Below are positions 27,675 through 39,600 of a stretch of 48,526 bases of DNA, piece after piece. The notes below the pieces were generated by a model, which saw only the letters and a list, made by a program, of their open reading frames with translations, did no database searches and was not told where the DNA came from. The stretch is from an uncultured Verrucomicrobiota bacterium (GTDB lineage Bacteria; Verrucomicrobiota; Kiritimatiellia; CAIKKV01; CAITUY01). How positions within the stretch are numbered: the stretch's first letter is position 1; the number at the start of each line of letters is the position of its first letter. A program made the translations under genes and the position numbers. Where the stretch lies: positions 1 through 48,526 of the forward strand of contig CAZMSS010000002.1 in NCBI GenBank assembly GCA_964568965.1, given 5' to 3'.

Positions 27675-28040
27675 CTACAACACTTCGGGAGCCAACGAGA
27701 CGATCTTCATAAAATTCTTCTCGCGGAGCTCACGCGCCACCGGGCCGAAAATACGGGTTCCCAGGGGGTTCAGTTTCTCATCCACCAGAACCACCGCGTT
27801 GGTGTCGAACCGTACCGCCGAACCGTCGGGACGACGGATCGGCTGCTTGGTGCGAACAATGATCGCGCGGCAGACCTGCCCCTTCTTGACCATCCCCGTT
27901 GGCTGGGCCTCCTTGACCGCAACCCGGATCAAATCGCCGATGTGGGCATACGTCTTGCGTTGCCCGATCAGGCGGAAACATCGAACGCTTCGCGCGCCGG
28001 TATTGTCCGCCACATCAAGGTTTGTTTCTTCTTGAATCAT
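27675..28040 (-). CDS. rplN: 50S ribosomal protein L14
   Basis: [16 protein letters not shown] matches the uL14 N-terminus. Confidence 0.96.
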   Translation of the reverse strand: MIQEETNLDVADNTGARSVRCFRLIGQRKTYAHIGDLIRVAVKEAQPTGMVKKGQVCRAIIVRTKQPIRRPDGSAVRFDTNAVVLVDEKLNPLGTRIFGPVARELREKNFMKIVSLAPEVL

Positions 28041-28054
28041 GGTCGTTTATCCAA

Positions 28055-28339
28055 TTACTGGCGTTTCCCCGTTTCCAAGACTTCGACCAGCCGCCACCGC
28101 TTGAGCTTGCTCATCGGGCGCGTCTCGACGATTGTCACACGATCGCCCACCTTGGCCTTGCCTTCTTCGTCATGTGCGTAGAACTTCTTCGACTGTCGCA
28201 TTTCCTTGCCGTACAAGGGATGCCTCGTCTTGCGCTCCACGCGTACCACTATGGTCTTCTGCATCGAGGCACTGACCACGACACCCGTGCGCTCCTTGCG
28301 AAGTCCCCGCTTGGTTTCCGTTTCTACCATAATCATCAA
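28055..28339 (-). CDS. rpsQ: 30S ribosomal protein S17
   Basis: R.G.VVS..M.KT.VV.VER...HP.Y.K......K..AHDE....VGD.V.I.E.RP.SK matches uS17. The exact Met is uncertain (M1 or M4). Confidence 0.93.
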   Translation of the reverse strand: MMIMVETETKRGLRKERTGVVVSASMQKTIVVRVERKTRHPLYGKEMRQSKKFYAHDEEGKAKVGDRVTIVETRPMSKLKRWRLVEVLETGKRQ

Positions 28340-28533
28340 CCTTGCTGGCGACGCCGTTCGGTCATCACCGTCCTGGCCCGGGCAATGTCCCGGCGAAGAC
28401 TGCGAATCCGCGACGGCTGCTCAATCTGGCTCGCCGATTTACGAATTTTCAACGCGCGCAACTCTTTCTCCATGTCGGAGCTCTGTTGCGCAAGTTCCTC
28501 TTTATTAAACTCTCTCAGTTTCGCGGCCTTCAT
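28336..28533 (-). CDS. rpmC: 50S ribosomal protein L29
   Basis: 65 aa. LR....EEL......EL..L+.....Q...P..I+..RRDIAR matches uL29. Confidence 0.93.
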   Translation of the reverse strand: MKAAKLREFNKEELAQQSSDMEKELRALKIRKSASQIEQPSRIRSLRRDIARARTVMTERRRQQG

Positions 28534-28565
28534 GGCGTCCGCACCCCTGTCCTGTTTGGCACTTG

Positions 28566-28979
28566 TTACCCGTGCCGTTTCACAAACATCGTCCGGATCG
28601 GCAGCTTTGCCGCCGCCAGACGCAACGATTCCCTCGCCAACTGCTCGGTCACCCCGTCAACCTCAAAAAGCATTGCCCCGGGAAGAATGACCGAAACCCA
28701 GCAGTCCAGAGGCCCCTTGCCCTTGCCGGACCGCGTTTCAAGCGGCTTCTTGCTGATCGGCCTGTCCGGGAAGATGCGCAGCCAAACCTTGCCACGCCGC
28801 TTCATATTACGGTTCATCGCCACGCGACACGCCTCAATCTGCGTCGCCTTGACCCACGCGCGGTCCAGGGCTTTCAGCCCATATTCGCCGAAGGCCAGGG
28901 TATTCCCCGTGTGCGCCGTCCCCTTCCGGGACCCGCGCTGCACCATGCGGTGCTTCACGCGTTTAGGCATAAGCGGCAT
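28566..28979 (-). CDS. rplP: 50S ribosomal protein L16
   Basis: M.MPKRVK.R...RG...G.A matches uL16. Overlaps the rpsC 3' end; the alternative Met at 28970 is possible. Confidence 0.94.
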   Translation of the reverse strand: MPLMPKRVKHRMVQRGSRKGTAHTGNTLAFGEYGLKALDRAWVKATQIEACRVAMNRNMKRRGKVWLRIFPDRPISKKPLETRSGKGKGPLDCWVSVILPGAMLFEVDGVTEQLARESLRLAAAKLPIRTMFVKRHG

Positions 28980-29631
28980 TGGATCGTCCCCTTACTGCCT
29001 TCTCAGGCTCTTCCTTTTCCTTGCAAATCCAGACCTTGACACCGATTTTACCGGCCGTGGTGTTTGCCTCGGCAAACCCGTAGTCAATGTTCGCGCGGAG
29101 AGTATGCAGGGGGATCGTTCCCTCCTTGTACCACTCCACACGGGCCAGTTCCGAGCCGCCGAGTCGACCCGCGCACTTGATGCGGATCCCCTTGACGCCC
29201 AACTCCATCGCCATCTTGATCGCACGCTTCATCGCCCGCCGGAACGACACGCGCCGCTCCATCTGCAAGGCAACGCTCTCGGCAACCAACTGCGCGTTGG
29301 TGTCCGGGCTCCGGATCTCGCGGATCTCCAGATAGATCTCCTTGGTCGTCATCTTCGCGATCTCGTCGCGAATACGATCCAGATCCTGCCCCTTCCGGCC
29401 AATGACAATGCCAGGGCGGGCTGTACAAATGGTGACGCGAACGCGGTTCGCATACCGTTCAATGATGATCTCCGCCACCGCCGCTGCATCCAGGCGTTTC
29501 TTTACGAGATCACGGATCTTCAGGTCCTCCATCAGCAGGGTGCCGCAGGTTTTCTTATCCGCAAACCAGCGGGACTTCCAAGCCTTGCTGACGGCAATCC
29601 TGAGTCCAATCGGATTGATTTTCTGTCCCAA
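28963..29631 (-). CDS. rpsC: 30S ribosomal protein S3
   Basis: [11 protein letters not shown]......W.S.WFA matches uS3. Confidence 0.96.
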   Translation of the reverse strand: MGQKINPIGLRIAVSKAWKSRWFADKKTCGTLLMEDLKIRDLVKKRLDAAAVAEIIIERYANRVRVTICTARPGIVIGRKGQDLDRIRDEIAKMTTKEIYLEIREIRSPDTNAQLVAESVALQMERRVSFRRAMKRAIKMAMELGVKGIRIKCAGRLGGSELARVEWYKEGTIPLHTLRANIDYGFAEANTTAGKIGVKVWICKEKEEPEKAVRGRSNAAYA

Positions 29632-29667
29632 AACGAATCTCCTTTCCCGTCTACCGGCGTTCGCCGG

Positions 29668-30003
29668 TCACTTCCCGTCCGACAACACAATCGTAATATG
29701 GCTGGTCCGTTTCCGGATCCGGCTCACCATGCCGCGCGACCGCGCCCAAAAACGCTTCATCGCCGGCCCGTCTCCGATCGTGGCTTCTTTCACCCTCAGA
29801 TCATCCGCGGAGAGCTTTGCGTTGTTTTCCGCATTGGCCACCGCCGAACGAATCGTCTTCTCCAGCTGCCGCGCGGCCTTGCGTTCGCTAAACTCCACCG
29901 TCTTGATCGCATCGGCCACCGCCAGGCCCTGAATGGCCCGCGCCATGTCCCGCGCTTTCCGCGGCGACAGACGCACATATTTGGTCACTGCTTTGACTTC
30001 CAT
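29668..30003 (-). CDS. rplV: 50S ribosomal protein L22
   Basis: A....+R.SPRKAR..A..I+G..V..A...L.F...KAA matches uL22. Confidence 0.95.
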   Translation of the reverse strand: MEVKAVTKYVRLSPRKARDMARAIQGLAVADAIKTVEFSERKAARQLEKTIRSAVANAENNAKLSADDLRVKEATIGDGPAMKRFWARSRGMVSRIRKRTSHITIVLSDGK

Positions 30004-30013
30004 AGCCTCGCTC

Positions 30014-30505
30014 CTAGTCCCCGGAGCCGGTCACCACAACTGCCCGGTCCTGAACCCTGGGTAATGCCCGGCCCGCTTTCTGGATCACAGCCCCGGCTAC
30101 CGCCGCCCGCACATCCACAACCCGTACCGTGGCCACAGCCCGATCCTTTTGTATCACCGCAAACTGCAAGCCCGGTTTCAAACCGTCCTGCCGCCCACCG
30201 TTAAGGACCACCATGCCCAGTTCTTTGTTTACGTCTAAAATTCTGTACTCTTTTTCCCTCACCGAAGCCGGGCTCACGGAGCTTCCGCTCCTTCCCCCCG
30301 CCGCCTCATAGGCCCGGTTATCCAGCCGGGCCCGCAAATTATCCGTATCCGCCTTCGCCTTCGCCAGCGCCTCGGTCAGGTATTTCACCTGCCGTCTGAG
30401 GAGATCCTCGTCCCCCTCGCCGGCCTCAACCGCCCCGCCCCGCAATATCAGGCAAAGCCCAACCAGAGCCAGCCATAATCGGCGCTCCTGGTACCCTGCC
30501 CGCAT
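30014..30505 (-). CDS. Hypothetical signal-anchored coiled-coil protein encoded inside the S10 operon (between rpsS and rplV)
   Basis: The 163-aa ORF fills the whole rpsS-rplV gap (4 nt and 10 nt flanks) on the same strand with the same G/C-ending codon style. It has a hydrophobic N-terminus LWLALVGLCLIL, an amphipathic helix LLRRQVKYLTEALAKAKADTDNLRARL, a G/S linker and a beta-rich C-terminus. Confidence 0.6.
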   Translation of the reverse strand: MRAGYQERRLWLALVGLCLILRGGAVEAGEGDEDLLRRQVKYLTEALAKAKADTDNLRARLDNRAYEAAGGRSGSSVSPASVREKEYRILDVNKELGMVVLNGGRQDGLKPGLQFAVIQKDRAVATVRVVDVRAAVAGAVIQKAGRALPRVQDRAVVVTGSGD

Positions 30506-30509
30506 ACGG

Positions 30510-30794
30510 CTACTTCAACGCCACCGTTTTATCGGTGTGCGTGCCGTGCTTGCGGAAGATGCGCGTCGGCGCAAATTCACCCAACCGATGACTCACCATG
30601 TGCTCCGTGATATACACCGGAACATGCTGCTTGCCATTATGCACGGCCAGCGTATGCCCGACAAATTCGGGAACGATCATGGATCGGCGGGACCACGTCT
30701 TAACCACGCGCTTCTCTCCGGCGCGATTCATCTTCTCGACGCGTTCCAGCAGCTTCTCGTCAACAAACGGCCCCTTTTTTAATGAACGGCCCAT
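30510..30794 (-). CDS. rpsS: 30S ribosomal protein S19
   Basis: [13 protein letters not shown] matches uS19. Confidence 0.96.
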   Translation of the reverse strand: MGRSLKKGPFVDEKLLERVEKMNRAGEKRVVKTWSRRSMIVPEFVGHTLAVHNGKQHVPVYITEHMVSHRLGEFAPTRIFRKHGTHTDKTVALK

Positions 30795-30797
30795 GGC

Positions 30798-31622
30798 TTA
30801 CTTTCTCCGCCTGACAATAAATTTAGCCGATGTCTTCCGGCCCGCACGGGTCTTCTTGCCCTTCGTGAGCTGACCCCACGGCGTCACCGGGTGACCGCCG
30901 CCGGACGTACGACCTTCACCGCCACCCATCGGGTGGTCAACCGGGTTCATCGCCACACCACGAACAGTGGGCCGAATCCCCATCCAACGCTTGCGTCCCG
31001 CCTTGCCGAGGCTGACGCTATCATGATCCAGATTACCAACCTGTCCGATTGTCGCCTGGCAATTCACATTGATCAACCGGATCTCGCCGGACGGCAGCTT
31101 CACCTGCGCATACCCGCCTTCACGGGACATCAGCTGCGCGGTCTGCCCGGCGCTGCGAACCAGCTGCGCCCCGCACCCCACCGTCAGCTCGATGTTATGA
31201 ATCGGCAGACCCAGGGGGATCTTCGCAAGCGGCAACGCATTCCCGTTGATCGGTTCCGCATCAGGACCCGACATCACCGTCGTGCCCACTTCCAGCCCGA
31301 CCGGAGCCAGAATATACCGCTTTTCGCCATCCTTATAGGCCAGCAGGGCGATGCGCGCGGAACGGTTCGGGTCATACTCAATGGCCTGAACCTTGGCGGG
31401 AATGCCCGTCTTGTTACGCTTGAAATCAATGATCCGGTAGTGATGCCGGTGACCACCGCCACGATGGCGAATAGTGATGCGTCCCGCGGAATTACGCCCC
31501 GCCTTGGACTTCTGAGCCTTCGTGAGCGAGCGCTCAGGCTTGCTCCGGGTAATCTCATCAAACGTCGGCAGCTGCGTGTGGCGCATGCTCGGCGTTGTCG
31601 GTTTGTAGGTTTTAAGCGCCAT
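30798..31622 (-). CDS. rplB: 50S ribosomal protein L2
   Basis: 274 aa. Shows K.YKPTTPS.R and GGGEGR matching uL2. Confidence 0.96.
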   Translation of the reverse strand: MALKTYKPTTPSMRHTQLPTFDEITRSKPERSLTKAQKSKAGRNSAGRITIRHRGGGHRHHYRIIDFKRNKTGIPAKVQAIEYDPNRSARIALLAYKDGEKRYILAPVGLEVGTTVMSGPDAEPINGNALPLAKIPLGLPIHNIELTVGCGAQLVRSAGQTAQLMSREGGYAQVKLPSGEIRLINVNCQATIGQVGNLDHDSVSLGKAGRKRWMGIRPTVRGVAMNPVDHPMGGGEGRTSGGGHPVTPWGQLTKGKKTRAGRKTSAKFIVRRRK

Positions 31623-31632
31623 GTCGTGCTTC

Positions 31633-31914
31633 CTATTCGAGATCTATCTTGTCGCCTTCTTTCAACGTCACCACCGCCCGTTTCCAATCGGGAGTCTTCC
31701 CGGCATGGATGGTGCGTTCACGGCGTGCCTTGCCGTCGTAGTTCATGGTGTTAACCTTCGTGACCTTGACCTTGAAAAAGTCTTCGATCGCCCGCTTGAT
31801 CTCGAGCTTGTTGGCCGAGGGATCAACCTTGAACAAATACTTGTTCTGCCCGGCAAGCAACGTCCCCTTTTCGGTGATGTGCAGGCCGCGAACTGCCGAT
31901 AGCGCGTTCTTCAT
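31633..31914 (-). CDS. rplW: 50S ribosomal protein L23
   Basis: 93 aa. The F.V...ANK.EIK.A+E..F.VKV..VNT pattern matches uL23. Confidence 0.94.
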   Translation of the reverse strand: MKNALSAVRGLHITEKGTLLAGQNKYLFKVDPSANKLEIKRAIEDFFKVKVTKVNTMNYDGKARRERTIHAGKTPDWKRAVVTLKEGDKIDLE

Positions 31915-32552
31915 GATTTCCTCCCCGTCTCATTCTCCAGGCGTGTCCGCAACACGTCCATCGCGGCACGCGTCACCACCGTCACCGGAAAACGAACCAG
32001 CTGGAATGTGCTGACATCCTTGGCCGTCGTCGCCTCCACGTTGGGGATGTTCCGGAATGCGCACAACAGATTCTTATCCAGCTTGTCGACCACGATCAGG
32101 GCGCCCTTGCCCAGTCCGAGCGACTTCAGCAACGCAACCGCCACCTTCGTCTTCGGCTCCGTCACCGCCAGCTGATCAAGAACCCGGATGCGTTCTTCGC
32201 GGATCAGGTCGCTGAACGCGCTGCGGAAAGCAAGCCGCGCCACCTTCACCGGAACCTTCTTCGCGTAACTGCGCGGATGGGGGCCATGGGCCACGCCGCC
32301 GCCACGCCACACGGGAGACTGCCGGAAACCGGCCCGGGCACGCCCAGTACCCTTCTGTTTCCACGGTTTCTTGTTGCTACCGGCCACCGCCCCCTTGCCG
32401 AGGGTTGATGCCGTGCCTGCGCGCAGCCCGGCCTGATACGCCACGACAACGTCGTGGACAGCCTGCTGGCCCTTGCCTGTCAAAAGCTCGTCCGGGAAGT
32501 CAACCTTCGCCAGCGAAGCCCCTTTCATGTCATAGACAGAAAGCTTGCTCAT
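31911..32552 (-). CDS. rplD: 50S ribosomal protein L4
   Basis: 213 aa. Shows KPW+QKGTGRAR.G...SP.WRGGG..HGP matching uL4. Confidence 0.95.
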   Translation of the reverse strand: MSKLSVYDMKGASLAKVDFPDELLTGKGQQAVHDVVVAYQAGLRAGTASTLGKGAVAGSNKKPWKQKGTGRARAGFRQSPVWRGGGVAHGPHPRSYAKKVPVKVARLAFRSAFSDLIREERIRVLDQLAVTEPKTKVAVALLKSLGLGKGALIVVDKLDKNLLCAFRNIPNVEATTAKDVSTFQLVRFPVTVVTRAAMDVLRTRLENETGRKS

Positions 32553-33196
32553 TTACCCTGCCCCGCCTTCGTCTTCTTTAATGCCTTGCGTATTTCAACC
32601 AGTGCGCCAGCCGGACCGGGAACAGCCCCGTTCACCAGAAGCAGATTCTCGCTCGCCCGAAGCTGAACGACCTTCAAATTCTGAGTGGTGATCTGCACAT
32701 TGCCCATGTGGCCCGGCATGCGTTTCCCCTTATGAATCCGTCCTGGAAATGACCGGCAGCCGATCGATCCGATCCGCCGCTTTGAATGGCCGCCGTGTGT
32801 CATCGGGCCGCCCGCCATCTTGTAGCGACGCACAACACCCGCGAACCCGCGTCCCTTGGTGACCCCGATAATATCGACGTAATCCACGCCGTCCAGCACC
32901 GTGGCCGTCACGGTGTCGCCCGCCTTGAGTGCTTCGCCGGAATCAACCGCGAATTCGCGAAGAAACCGTTTCGGCGTTGCGTTAACCGCCTTGAATTGAC
33001 CCGCATGGGCCTTGTTCGCCCGCGAGGCCTTGACCTCCACGAACCCGAGCTTCAGCGCCTCATAGCCGTCACGGCTCTTCGTTTTGCGCTGAACCACGAC
33101 ACATGGCCCGACTTCAATTACCGTGACAGGGGTCTGGCGACCTTCATCGCCGAAAACCCTCGTCATTCCGATCTTTTTTCCGAGTATCCCTTGCAT
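32549..33196 (-). CDS. rplC: 50S ribosomal protein L3
   Basis: GILGKKIGMT+VF...G...PVTVIE matches uL3. Confidence 0.96.
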   Translation of the reverse strand: MQGILGKKIGMTRVFGDEGRQTPVTVIEVGPCVVVQRKTKSRDGYEALKLGFVEVKASRANKAHAGQFKAVNATPKRFLREFAVDSGEALKAGDTVTATVLDGVDYVDIIGVTKGRGFAGVVRRYKMAGGPMTHGGHSKRRIGSIGCRSFPGRIHKGKRMPGHMGNVQITTQNLKVVQLRASENLLLVNGAVPGPAGALVEIRKALKKTKAGQGK

Positions 33197-33206
33197 GGCT
33201 ACCTGC

Positions 33207-33515
33207 TTAAATCTTGATCGTTATATCCACACCGGCGGGCATGTTGAGCTTCTTCAGCTCATCCACCGTCCTTGCCGTCGGTTCCACAATGTCCAAGACC
33301 CGTTTATGCGTCCGGATCTCGAACTGTTCCATCGACTTCTTGTCGGCATGCACACTGCGGTTAACACTGTAACTCTCAATGCGCGTTGGCATGGGGATGG
33401 GCCCGACTACCCGGGCTCCCGTCCGCTTTGCCGTCTCCACAATATCGGACACAGACTGGTCCAATACCCGATAGTCGTAGGCTTTCAAACGTATGCGTAT
33501 GCGTTGCTTTTCCAT
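33207..33515 (-). CDS. rpsJ: 30S ribosomal protein S10
   Basis: [11 protein letters not shown]...LD.S...[17 protein letters not shown] matches uS10. Confidence 0.96.
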   Translation of the reverse strand: MEKQRIRIRLKAYDYRVLDQSVSDIVETAKRTGARVVGPIPMPTRIESYSVNRSVHADKKSMEQFEIRTHKRVLDIVEPTARTVDELKKLNMPAGVDITIKI

Positions 33516-33522
33516 CGTTCAC

Positions 33523-35664
33523 TCACCGTTCCAGAAGTTGCTGTTGTATCGCCTCCGGCACCACATCGAAACACGCCGGCTCCATCGTGTAACTTGCCCG
33601 CCCCCGTGTCAAAGACCGGATGGCTGTCGAGTACCCGAAAAGTTCCGCCAGCGGAACCCGCGCATGGATCACCTGCACGGTCTCCTTGCCGACCATATCC
33701 TGAACATGTCCGCGCCGGGCGCTTACATCGTTCAACACATCACCCAAGTGATCCGCCGGAAGAATGATTTCAAGAGACATGATCGGCTCAAGAATGGCCG
33801 GCTTTGCCGCCTTCGCCGCCACCCGGAGGGCCATTACACCCGCCGTCCGGAATGCCATTTCCGTTGATTCCTGATCGTGAAAATCGCCGCCAACCACCTT
33901 GACCTTGACATCCACCATAGGATAGTTAGCCAGGACCCCGGTTGTCAGCCCATCGCGAATCCCCTCCTCCACTGCACCGCGGAATTCATTCGGGATACGG
34001 GTGTTCGACACTTCGAACTCAACCGTGACACCTAAACCGCGTGCGGCAGGCTCGACATCCAGAACCACCTTGGCAAACTGGGGCTGCCCGGCAATATCAC
34101 GCTCAAAGCTGAATTCCCCGCGGCTCGCAGCCGTGATGGTCTCGCGGTACGCCACCATGGGGCGTCCCGCGTTCGCCTGAACCTTGAATTCCCGGAACAT
34201 CCTATCCTTCAAAATTTCAAGATGCAACTCGCCCATCCCGCTCAGCAGCGTCTGCGCTGTATCCGGATCCACCGATACAATGCAGGTGGGATCCTCCGCG
34301 GACAGTGCTGCCAGGGCATCATTCAGCTTCTCGCGGTCAGCCTGGGATTTGGGCTCAATCGCCATGGAAATCACCGGCTCGGGGAAACGGATACGTTCCA
34401 GTTCCACCGGCATATTTTCGGCGCACAACGTATCGCCGGTCGTAACCTGCTTGAGGCCCACCACCGCTCCGATTTCGCCGGCATGCAGAACTTCCACTTC
34501 CTGACGGTCATCCGCGTGCAGCAGCACCAGCTTCATCACGCGTTCACGCTTGCGCGTACGGGCGTTGAAGAGGTTCTGCCCCTTCTTGATCTGCCCCGAG
34601 TAGACCCGGACAAAGGCCAGCCGCCCCATGTAGGGATCGTTCATCAACTTGAAAACCAGCGCGCTCTGGGGCGCAAAATCGTCTGCCTCACGGGACAGCA
34701 CCTCACGGGTCTTGGGATGTTCACCCTTAACCGGGGGAACGTCAATCGGGGCCGGCAGGAAATCCACAACCGCATCCAGCAACTGCTGGACGCCCTTGTT
34801 GCGGAGCGAGGATCCGCACAGGACCGGTGTCAGCGTCTGTGCAACAGTCGCCCGGCGCAGGCCCTCCCTCAGAACCTGTGCAGGAATGTCGGCATTCTCC
34901 ATGTACGACTCGAGAACTTTTTCATCACGTTCCGAGAGCACCTCGATAAGTTGGGCGCGGGCCTTCTCAGCCTCCACCGCAAACTCGGCCGGAATCGGCA
35001 CCGTCTGCACCTTGCTGCCGAACGATGTATCATCGTAAACAATGGCCTCCATGGCGAGCAGGTCGATGACGCCACGGAACTGGTCCTCGGCTCCCCAGGG
35101 AATCTGAATCGGGACCGGCACGGCGCCAAGCCGGGTCCGCATCTGCCCGACCACTGCATTGAAGTCGGCGCCGATGCGATCCATCTTGTTTACAAACGCG
35201 ATGCGCGGCACATGATAGCGGTCAGCCTGATGCCAAACAGTTTCGGACTGCGGTTGCACACCGCCCACGCCGCAGAACACCACCACGGCTCCGTCGAGGA
35301 CCCGGAGTGAACGTTCCACTTCGACGGTGAAATCCACGTGCCCGGGCGTATCAATCAGATTGATCTGGTGATCGCGCCAGAAACAGGTCGTCGCCGCGCT
35401 CGTGATCGTGATGCCGCGTTCCTTCTCCTGCGGCATCCAGTCCATCGTGGCGGTTCCCTCATGAACCTCGCCCATCCGGTGGACGCGGCCTGCATAAAAC
35501 AGAATACGCTCGCTCGTCGTGGTCTTGCCCGCATCAATGTGGGCAATGATCCCGATATTGCGAACGGCGGAGAGGGGGCGAACGCGATCGGCAGCTTCAC
35601 GCTGGCGCGCATCCCCGGAGACTCCACCTTGTTTATTCTGTTCCAAGACCGTTTCCATTGTCAT
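33523..35664 (-). CDS. fusA: Elongation factor G
   Basis: 713 aa. Shows [23 protein letters not shown] and DTPGHVDFT. About 30 aa precede the conserved start of the G domain. Confidence 0.95.
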   Translation of the reverse strand: MTMETVLEQNKQGGVSGDARQREAADRVRPLSAVRNIGIIAHIDAGKTTTSERILFYAGRVHRMGEVHEGTATMDWMPQEKERGITITSAATTCFWRDHQINLIDTPGHVDFTVEVERSLRVLDGAVVVFCGVGGVQPQSETVWHQADRYHVPRIAFVNKMDRIGADFNAVVGQMRTRLGAVPVPIQIPWGAEDQFRGVIDLLAMEAIVYDDTSFGSKVQTVPIPAEFAVEAEKARAQLIEVLSERDEKVLESYMENADIPAQVLREGLRRATVAQTLTPVLCGSSLRNKGVQQLLDAVVDFLPAPIDVPPVKGEHPKTREVLSREADDFAPQSALVFKLMNDPYMGRLAFVRVYSGQIKKGQNLFNARTRKRERVMKLVLLHADDRQEVEVLHAGEIGAVVGLKQVTTGDTLCAENMPVELERIRFPEPVISMAIEPKSQADREKLNDALAALSAEDPTCIVSVDPDTAQTLLSGMGELHLEILKDRMFREFKVQANAGRPMVAYRETITAASRGEFSFERDIAGQPQFAKVVLDVEPAARGLGVTVEFEVSNTRIPNEFRGAVEEGIRDGLTTGVLANYPMVDVKVKVVGGDFHDQESTEMAFRTAGVMALRVAAKAAKPAILEPIMSLEIILPADHLGDVLNDVSARRGHVQDMVGKETVQVIHARVPLAELFGYSTAIRSLTRGRASYTMEPACFDVVPEAIQQQLLER

Positions 35665-35723
35665 TCAACAAACAAACAACACCCGCCGCCCTCGTCGGAC
35701 GACGGGAATTGAGACTTACAATT

Positions 35724-36197
35724 TTACCAACGATAGTGGGCAAACGCCTTGTTTGCCTGGGCCATCTTGTGCGTGTCGTCACGCTTCTTGATGGCGTTAC
35801 CCTGCTCGGCGTAGGCGTCCAGGATTTCCTGGGCCAGCGCACGTCGCATCGGAACCCCCTTGCGGGTCTTCGCATACTGGATCAGCCAGCGCATCGCCAG
35901 GGCTCCCTGGCGGTCAGGCGTCACCTCAACCGGAACCTGATACGTGGCACCGCCGACCCGGCGCGACTTCACTTCGACTTTTGGCTTCACGTTGTCAATC
36001 GCGCGCAGAATCACTTCCAGCGGATCACCATCGGGATGCTTTTCTTGAATCACCTTCAGGGCATCGTAAACAATGTTTACGGATACCGATTTCTTACCCA
36101 CCTTCATCAGGTGGTTCACCAGACGGCCAACCAGTTCGCTATTATACTTCGGATCCGGTTGAACCGCCCGCCGCACTGCTCTTCGTCTTCGTCCCAT
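35724..36197 (-). CDS. rpsG: 30S ribosomal protein S7
   Basis: 157 aa. Shows PD.KY.S.L...L.N..M..GKKS and the C-terminal AHYRW matching uS7. Confidence 0.96.
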   Translation of the reverse strand: MGRRRRAVRRAVQPDPKYNSELVGRLVNHLMKVGKKSVSVNIVYDALKVIQEKHPDGDPLEVILRAIDNVKPKVEVKSRRVGGATYQVPVEVTPDRQGALAMRWLIQYAKTRKGVPMRRALAQEILDAYAEQGNAIKKRDDTHKMAQANKAFAHYRW

Positions 36198-36211
36198 GAT
36201 CTTGCGCCGTC

Positions 36212-36589
36212 CTACGCCTGCTTCGGTGTTTTGACCCCATACTTGGAACGGCCCCGGTGCCGTCCCTCCACGCCCAAGGTGTCCAACGTACCACGAACAA
36301 TGTGATACCGAACACCGGGCAGGTCCTTTACGCGACCGCCACGCACAAGCACTACACTGTGCTCCTGAAGATTGTGCCCTTCGCCCGGAATGTAAGCGGT
36401 CACTTCCTCGCCATTCGTCAGACGAACACGGGCCACTTTACGCAGCGCCGAGTTCGGCTTCTTGGGTGTCTGCGTTTTAACGGACAGACACACGCCGCGC
36501 CGCTGAGGACAATTCTTCAGCGCCGGCGACTTGCTTTTATAACGAACTTGCTTCCGTCCGTTTTTTACCAGTTGATTAATCGTTGGCAT
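36212..36589 (-). CDS. rpsL: 30S ribosomal protein S12
   Basis: MPTINQLV+.GR matches uS12. Start trimmed to the ATG at 36589. Confidence 0.96.
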   Translation of the reverse strand: MPTINQLVKNGRKQVRYKSKSPALKNCPQRRGVCLSVKTQTPKKPNSALRKVARVRLTNGEEVTAYIPGEGHNLQEHSVVLVRGGRVKDLPGVRYHIVRGTLDTLGVEGRHRGRSKYGVKTPKQA

Positions 36590-36653
36590 AGTTAAATTCC
36601 CTTCCAAACGCAAAGCGCGAAAAAATGCCAGAGTGACAACACCTTGTCAAGCT

Positions 36654-39600
36654 TTATCCCAAAAGCTCCTGGGCTTTCTTCACGGCTTCGCTCTCCATGC
36701 GCAGATCCTCCTCCGGAATCGGCTCCGCCAGAGGCACCAATTTGATGTTCCGGAACATCGGAAAACCTGTCCCTCCAGGGATCAAATGACCCATGATCAC
36801 ATTTTCCTTGAATCCATACAGCGTGTCCACGCGACCCAGCGTCGCCGCCTCGGTCAGGACGCGGGTGGTATCCTGGAACGATGCCGCCGAAATAAAGCTC
36901 TCGGTCTCGAGCGCCGCCTTGGTGATTCCCAGAAGAGCCGGAGAAGCTTCAGCCGGACGCTTGCCCTCGGCCTGCGCCTTGGCATTCACCTCCTGGAACA
37001 TCTGCTTCTCGACCTGCTCGCCCCAGAGGAAGTCCGTGTCGCCCCCGTCCGTGATCCGGACCTTGCGCAACATCTGCCGGACAATGATCTCAATATGCTT
37101 ATCATTGATTTCAACGCCCTGCAGCCGGTAGACTTCCTGAACCTGATTCACGAGGTATTCCTGAAGTTCCTGAGGGCCGCAGATTTCCAGAATTTCCTGG
37201 GGAACCACGGGACCCTCGGTCAGCTGTCCACCTTTCTGGACAAAGTCACCCTTGTACACAACGATGTGCTTGCCCATCGGGATCAGATGCTGCTCCTCGT
37301 CACCCGTGACCGCGTCACGGATCAACAGGCAGCGACGCCCGCGCTGGTTCGGCCCGAAGTCCACCATACCGTCAATCTTCGCGATCTCGGCGGCATCTTT
37401 CGGCCGGCGCGCCTCGAACAATTCCGCCACGCGCGGCAACCCGCCCGTGATGTCCTTCGTCTTCGACTCCTTGCGGGGCGTCTTCGCCAGCACTTCGCCG
37501 GCGGCGACCTTTTTGCCGTCCTTGATCATGACGTGGGCGCCGGCAGGGATGTTGTAGGCCATCGGCTGCTCACTGCTGCCGAAGCTGATGACAATCTGCG
37601 GGTGCAGGTCTTCCTTGTGCTCCAGGACAACGGTACCCATCAGTCCGGTGGACTGATCCACCTCTTTCTTGACCGTTACATTTTCGATGAACCCCTGGAA
37701 GTGAACCGTACCGGGCTTCTCCGCAAGGATCGGCACGCTGTAGGGATCCCACTCAATGAAACTCTGCCCCTTCTTGACGCGGCCCCCGTCCTCCACGGAA
37801 ATGATGGCCCCGATGGCGATGGTATGACGCTCGACCTCGCGGCCGGTGTCGTCAAACACCGCGACGGACCCGTTCTTGTTAAGCACGACGAAATGGCCCT
37901 GCTCGTTCACCACGGTACGCATGTTGGTGTACTGGATGATACCGTCATGCTTGGAGATCACGTGCGGCTGCTTGAACACGGAGCTCGCCGTACCACCGAT
38001 ATGGAACGTCCGCATGGTCAGCTGCGTGCCGGGTTCACCGATGGACTGCGCCGCGATGATACCGACCGCCGCACCCATTTCCACGGGACGACCATTTGAA
38101 AGATCGCGTCCGTAGCACTTGGCGCAAATTCCGCGGCGCGATTCGCATGTCAGGACGCTGCGGATGCGAACCTTTTCGATGTCCGCATTCATGACCGCCT
38201 CCGCCAGGGCCTCGTCAATAAGTCCTCCGGCGGGAACAATCAACTCGCGTGTCACGGGGTTGACAATGTCGTTGAGCGCTGTGCGACCCTTGATACGATC
38301 AGCCAGCGAAACCAGGTTCTCGTCGCCTTCGCCGATGCCCTTGACTTCGATGCCGTTGAGCGTGTTGCAGTCCTGCTCGATAATCCGGACATCCTGCGCC
38401 ACATCGACCAGCTTGCGGGTCAGGTACCCGGCATCGGCGGTCTTGAGGGCGGTATCGGCCAAACCCTTGCGGGCGCCGTGCGTACTGATGAAATACTCGA
38501 GCACGCTCAGCCCCTCGCGGAAATTCGACACAATCGGCCGCTCGATGATTTCGCCCGAAGGCTTGGCCATCAAACCGCGCATACCCGCCAGCTGGCGGAT
38601 TTGCTGACGACTTCCGCGCGCCTTGGAGTCAACCATCATGAAGATGGGGTTGGCCTCGTCACTGCCCGCATTCTCCTCGATCGCCCGGTACATGGCGTTG
38701 GAGGTCTCCTCCGTGGCCTGGGTCCAGATGTCGACGATCTTGTTGTAGCGCTCCCCGTCGGTAATGATACCGCGGCGGTACTGGCTCTCCACCTCGCTCA
38801 CCGATTTATGCGCCTTCGCAATGATGTCTTCCTTTTCGGACGGAATGATCATGTCCGACAACCCGATCGAAATCCCCGCCAGGGTGGCATGCTCGAAGCC
38901 GATGTTCTTCAGACTTTCAAGAACCTTCACGGTCTCGGCGTGACCGCTAACGCGGTAGCACTGCCAGATCAGCTTTCCAAGGAACGATTTGTCGCAGCAG
39001 CGGTTGATGAACCCCAGCGTCGCGGGGAGGATCTCATTGAAGAAAACCCGTCCCACGGTGGTGATCAGCATCTTCGAGTGGGTGTCACCGAAGACCGTCT
39101 TGCGGCCGAAATCCGGGTTCTTGAACCGGACGCGGTGGTGGATCTTGAGGGCGCCGTCGTCATAAGCCAGTCGCACCTGGGCCGCCTCGTCAAAGATCGG
39201 AAGACGCTCCTGCTCCTGTCCCTGCCCTGCCGCTTTGCGGCGAACCTCCTTGATCCGGTCCTTCTGGGCCGCGGATGTGAGGTAATAGATGCCCAGCGCG
39301 ATGTCCTGAGTGGGCGTCATCACCGGCTTGCCGCTCGAGGGCGAGAAGACGTTGTTCGTCGAAAGCATCAGGAGGCGCGACTCAATCTGGGCCTCAATGG
39401 ACAGCGGCACGTGAACCGCCATCTGGTCACCGTCAAAGTCGGCGTTGTACGCGGTACACACCAGCGGGTGAACCTGAATCGCCTCGCCCTCCACCAGGGT
39501 GGGCTCGAACGATTGGATGCTCAGACGGTGCAGCGTCGGGGCACGGTTGAGCATGACGGTCTTGTCGCGGGTGATCTCCTCGAGAATCGCCCACACTTCG

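Noticed and set aside
36590-36653. TTGACA hexamer in the rpoC-rpsL spacer as an internal promoter
   Set aside because: It is a perfect -35 match, but no acceptable -10 (TAnnnT) lies at 16-19 nt spacing. Left uncalled.
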